Positions 61,155 to 64,000 of a stretch of 64,000 nt of DNA are shown piece by piece. This DNA comes from Chloroflexota bacterium. Its GTDB lineage: Bacteria; Chloroflexota; UBA11872; VXNJ01. The stretch's first letter is position 1; every line of letters starts with the position of its first letter. The translations under genes were made by a program, and so were the position numbers. The notes below the pieces were generated by a model that did not search any database, was not told where the DNA came from, and saw only the letters and a list, made by a program, of their open reading frames with translations. Where the stretch lies: the NCBI GenBank assembly GCA_965217845.1, contig OZ244573.1, positions 1,976,610 through 2,040,609 on the forward strand. Reading direction: 5' to 3'.

Positions 61155-63380
61155 TTAGCCGGACTCGGACGCGGCCACCGGCACAAGTCGCGCGTAGGCG
61201 GCGGCCAGCTTCTTGGTCTCGCCCGAATCAAACCGGACCTTGACGATTTCCTCGCCGCGCGCGATCTGCGACTCGAGCACCACGCCGGTGCCGAATGTGC
61301 CGTGTTGTACCACCTGCCCCGGCCCGAACCGCGGCTCGGGATCGGCCACCGGCGGCGGTTCGAAAGCGGGACTTTGGCGGGGCGCGAACAACTCCATACC
61401 GGCACCGTGACCGTAGCTCTCGGTAGCCCGGAATTCAAGCAGATCGGCGGGCAGGTCGGCCAGAAATCGCGATGGGTCCTGAGTCTGCGTCCCCCAATAG
61501 CGGCGCGCGCGCGCCGAGTAGGAGAGGTACAGGCGGTTGCGGGCGCGGGTCATTCCCACGTATGCCAGCCGCCGTTCCTCGTCGACATCACGGTCGTGGC
61601 TGCGCTGGTGCGGAATCAGCCCGTCTACGAATCCGCAAACAATAACGCAGTCATACTCCAGACCTTTGGCCCGGTGCAGGGTCATCAGCTCCACCCGCTC
61701 CCCATCGCCGCCGGCGGCATCGTCGCCGCCGGCGATCAGGGCCACGTCTTCAAGGAACTGGCCCAATGCCTCGCCCGGCGCCAACCCGTCGTACGCACCC
61801 AGGCTGTCGAGCAGCGATCGAACGTTCTCAAGCCGGTCCTCGCCGCGTTCGTCCTCGGTCAGATAACGCTGATAACCGGTCTGTTCAAGCACTGCCATCA
61901 GCAATTCGGGTAGCGATACGGTTGCGGCGACTTGCCGCAGCGACCCGACCAGCTCGGCCAGTCTTGCCAGCGCGCCGCGGGCGCGCGAGTTCAGACGATT
62001 GGGCGGAAGATCCGGATCATCTGCGGCCAGCAGCGAAAGCACCTGGCCCAGCGGCAGACCCAGGTCCTCTCGCATCGCCTCCAACTGGTCCCGGGTGCCG
62101 GGCCCAATCCCGCGCGGCGGGGTGTTTAGCACCCGTCGCCAGGAAATCAAATCCGTGTCCTGGTGCAACAGGCGCAGATAGGCGATCAGGTCTTTGATCT
62201 CGCGGCGCTGGTAGAACTCCGGGGCGCCGCGCACGACATAGGCGATATTGAAACGGCGAAGCTCGGTCTCCAATTCGCGCGACTGGGAATTGACCCGGTA
62301 AAGAACCGCGATCTGATGGGCAGGGACGCCACCGTTCGTCAGTTCGGCGATCTCGCGGGCGATCTCCTCGGCCTCGTCTTCGGTGTCGGAGGCCTCCATG
62401 ATCATGATCTTGGCCCCCGCCGACCGCTGCGTCCACAACTCCTTGATGTGCCGGCGGTTCATGCCCGTCGCCAACCCGTTGGCGCACTCGAGGATGTTGC
62501 CGGAGGAACGGTAATTTCGGGTCAGCCGCACCACCCGGGTGTCCGGGTAGCGGTCGGCGAAGCCGAGGATCAGATCAACGTTGGCGCCGCGCCAGGTGTA
62601 AATGCACTGGTCGTCGTCGCCGACCACCACCAAATTCGAGTGCTTCCCGGAGAGCATTCCCACCAGCGTGTCCTGGGCGCGATTTACGTCTTGGTATTCG
62701 TCCACCATCAGATGCAGGAACCAGCCCTGGAGATGCTCTAACAACGCCGGAAATTCACTAAGCAGGTACACCGGGCGCGCCAGCAGATCGCCGAAATCCA
62801 GTGCATTGGCGGCAACCAATTCGCGCTCGTAATCGGCCGCAATATCGCCAAATAGGTCCGGGTCCAGGTGGAAGTCAAGCGTCGCGGCGTAATGCTCGAG
62901 TGGATCGGTCAGTTCGTCCTTGGCGCGGGCAATGTTGGCGATAACGTGGCGTTCGACATTTCGGCCCAGCCCGGCCTTGGTCAGCCCGCGCCGCGCCAGA
63001 ACGTGTTTTAGGACGCTGCGCTGGTCGTCGGCGTCAGCGATGGCAAAGTCAGGGTCGATTCCGATCCGGTCCCCATAGCGACGCAGCAGCCGCACCCCCA
63101 GGCGGTGAAATGTAGAAATCTGAGCTGCGTGCAGGGTGGGCCCGCCCAGGGCCACGGCGCGTTCGCGCATCTCGGCCGCGGCCTTGTTGGTAAAAGTCAC
63201 TGCCAGCACCCGCTCCGGCGCGATGCCGATGCCGCCGACAAGGTAAGCGGCGCGATGTGTTATAACGCGGGTCTTGCCCGAGCCGGCACCGGCCAGGATC
63301 ATCATCGGGCCGTCGATATGGCGGACGGCTTCCAGCTGTTCCGGGTTCAGAGATTCGTCGTGGTAGCTGGGATGAGCCAT
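61155..63380 (-). CDS. uvrD: ATP-dependent DNA helicase, UvrD/PcrA (SF1A)
   Basis: Walker A AGAGSGKT, motif Ia FTNKAAAEM, DExx motif, etc. Start set at the internal Met (MAHPSYHDESLNPEQ…) rather than 63428. Confidence 0.9.
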   Translation of the reverse strand: MAHPSYHDESLNPEQLEAVRHIDGPMMILAGAGSGKTRVITHRAAYLVGGIGIAPERVLAVTFTNKAAAEMRERAVALGGPTLHAAQISTFHRLGVRLLRRYGDRIGIDPDFAIADADDQRSVLKHVLARRGLTKAGLGRNVERHVIANIARAKDELTDPLEHYAATLDFHLDPDLFGDIAADYERELVAANALDFGDLLARPVYLLSEFPALLEHLQGWFLHLMVDEYQDVNRAQDTLVGMLSGKHSNLVVVGDDDQCIYTWRGANVDLILGFADRYPDTRVVRLTRNYRSSGNILECANGLATGMNRRHIKELWTQRSAGAKIMIMEASDTEDEAEEIAREIAELTNGGVPAHQIAVLYRVNSQSRELETELRRFNIAYVVRGAPEFYQRREIKDLIAYLRLLHQDTDLISWRRVLNTPPRGIGPGTRDQLEAMREDLGLPLGQVLSLLAADDPDLPPNRLNSRARGALARLAELVGSLRQVAATVSLPELLMAVLEQTGYQRYLTEDERGEDRLENVRSLLDSLGAYDGLAPGEALGQFLEDVALIAGGDDAAGGDGERVELMTLHRAKGLEYDCVIVCGFVDGLIPHQRSHDRDVDEERRLAYVGMTRARNRLYLSYSARARRYWGTQTQDPSRFLADLPADLLEFRATESYGHGAGMELFAPRQSPAFEPPPVADPEPRFGPGQVVQHGTFGTGVVLESQIARGEEIVKVRFDSGETKKLAAAYARLVPVAASESG

Positions 63381-63513
63381 TTGGCAGGGTGCGTCGCTTA
63401 CTTGCTCGGTTGGGAATTCCCCAAACAAAATGCTAGTTGGCGCGGCGCCTGGACCTGGCCCGGCGGGGTGCCAGAATTTGGCGTTGCCGTTGCCTATTTT
63501 GCGGGCGCCGCCG

Positions 63514-63996
63514 ATGGCTCAACTGGCCAAGACCCAAGCCCCGGCCTTGATCAGGGCCGCCACCCTTTTCGACGCTCTTGCCATTTCACGCCTTATTGAA
63601 CCGTTCGCGCGCGCCGATCACATGCTGCCGCGCCCGGTCGCCGACATCATCGAAAACCTGCGCGACTACAAGATCGCGCTCGACGGCGACGAATTGGTGG
63701 GCGTGGCCGCCCTGCATCTCATGCCTCCGGACACCGCCGAGGTGCGGGCGCTGGCGGTGGCGTCGCGCTGGCAGGGACGGGGACTTGGGCGGCAGCTGGT
63801 GCAACGCTGCCTGGACGAAGCGCGCGCGCTGGGCATTGGCCAGGCCTTCACATTGACCCTCCAACCGGGGTTCTTCGAGCGCCTGGGGTTTCAGATTTCC
63901 GAGCGCGATTCGCTCACCCACAAGGTGTGGACCGAGTGCTACAAATGCCCCAAATACGATCGCTGTGACGAGATAGCGATGACGGTCGACTTATAG
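63514..63996 (+). CDS. GNAT N-acetyltransferase, N-acetylglutamate-synthase-like (ArgA C-terminal-domain-like)
   Basis: About 160 aa (MAQLAKTQAPALIRAATLFDALAISRLIEP…VGVAALHLM…RWQGRGLGRQLV…) with the GNAT Q/RxxGxG/A motif. Divergent from uvrD. Confidence 0.7.
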   Translation: MAQLAKTQAPALIRAATLFDALAISRLIEPFARADHMLPRPVADIIENLRDYKIALDGDELVGVAALHLMPPDTAEVRALAVASRWQGRGLGRQLVQRCLDEARALGIGQAFTLTLQPGFFERLGFQISERDSLTHKVWTECYKCPKYDRCDEIAMTVDL

Positions 63997-64000
63997 ACCC

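Overview
This window is a high-GC (about 67-70%) bacterial chromosomal segment, densely coded on both strands, with frequent GTG/TTG starts and many 1-4 nt start/stop overlaps. The core is housekeeping, but the intergenic space after gltD holds a short low-GC islet of toxin-antitoxin modules and gene remnants. In order along the window:
- 1-10 kb: an envelope glycan cluster (three GT4 glycosyltransferases, an O-antigen-ligase-like protein, a GT9 heptosyltransferase-like protein, a WecB/TagA GT26, an esterase) with folK-folC embedded in it.
- 10-12.5 kb: two tandem paralogous enolase-superfamily (MR/MLE, D-galactonate/D-mannonate dehydratase-like) genes that share a 100% identical core of about 390 bp.
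- 12.6-15.2 kb: an NCS2 permease and an MFS transporter.
- 15.4-29.5 kb: ppdK, a GNAT, a PhyH-like dioxygenase, dnaG-rpoD, and gltB-gltD.
- 29.5-33.05 kb: a partly lower-GC islet directly after gltD. It contains a tRNA-like T-arm fragment, a PemI/MazE-PemK/MazF-like toxin-antitoxin pair whose toxin looks frameshifted, a decayed duplicate of the gltD 3' end, a vapBC pair, and a 5'-truncated, nonsense-interrupted gene of unknown function. This is the most interesting region.
- 33-38.8 kb: a sugar-catabolism-like locus with two xylose-isomerase-like TIM-barrel proteins, an SMP-30/gluconolactonase, an MFS transporter and an unusually long (845 aa) transketolase-family thiamine diphosphate (ThDP) enzyme.
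- 38.8-64 kb: hisH-hisA-hisF-hisI-hisE, lepA, murJ, argB-argJ-argC divergent from argD-argG-argH, metE, an OatA-like acyltransferase-3/SGNH protein, ligA with an internal HhH-domain duplication, uvrD/pcrA and an ArgA-like GNAT.
No CRISPR array, rRNA, or transposase/integrase gene was found. All coordinates derive from the ORF track plus hand reading and may be off by a few nucleotides at starts.
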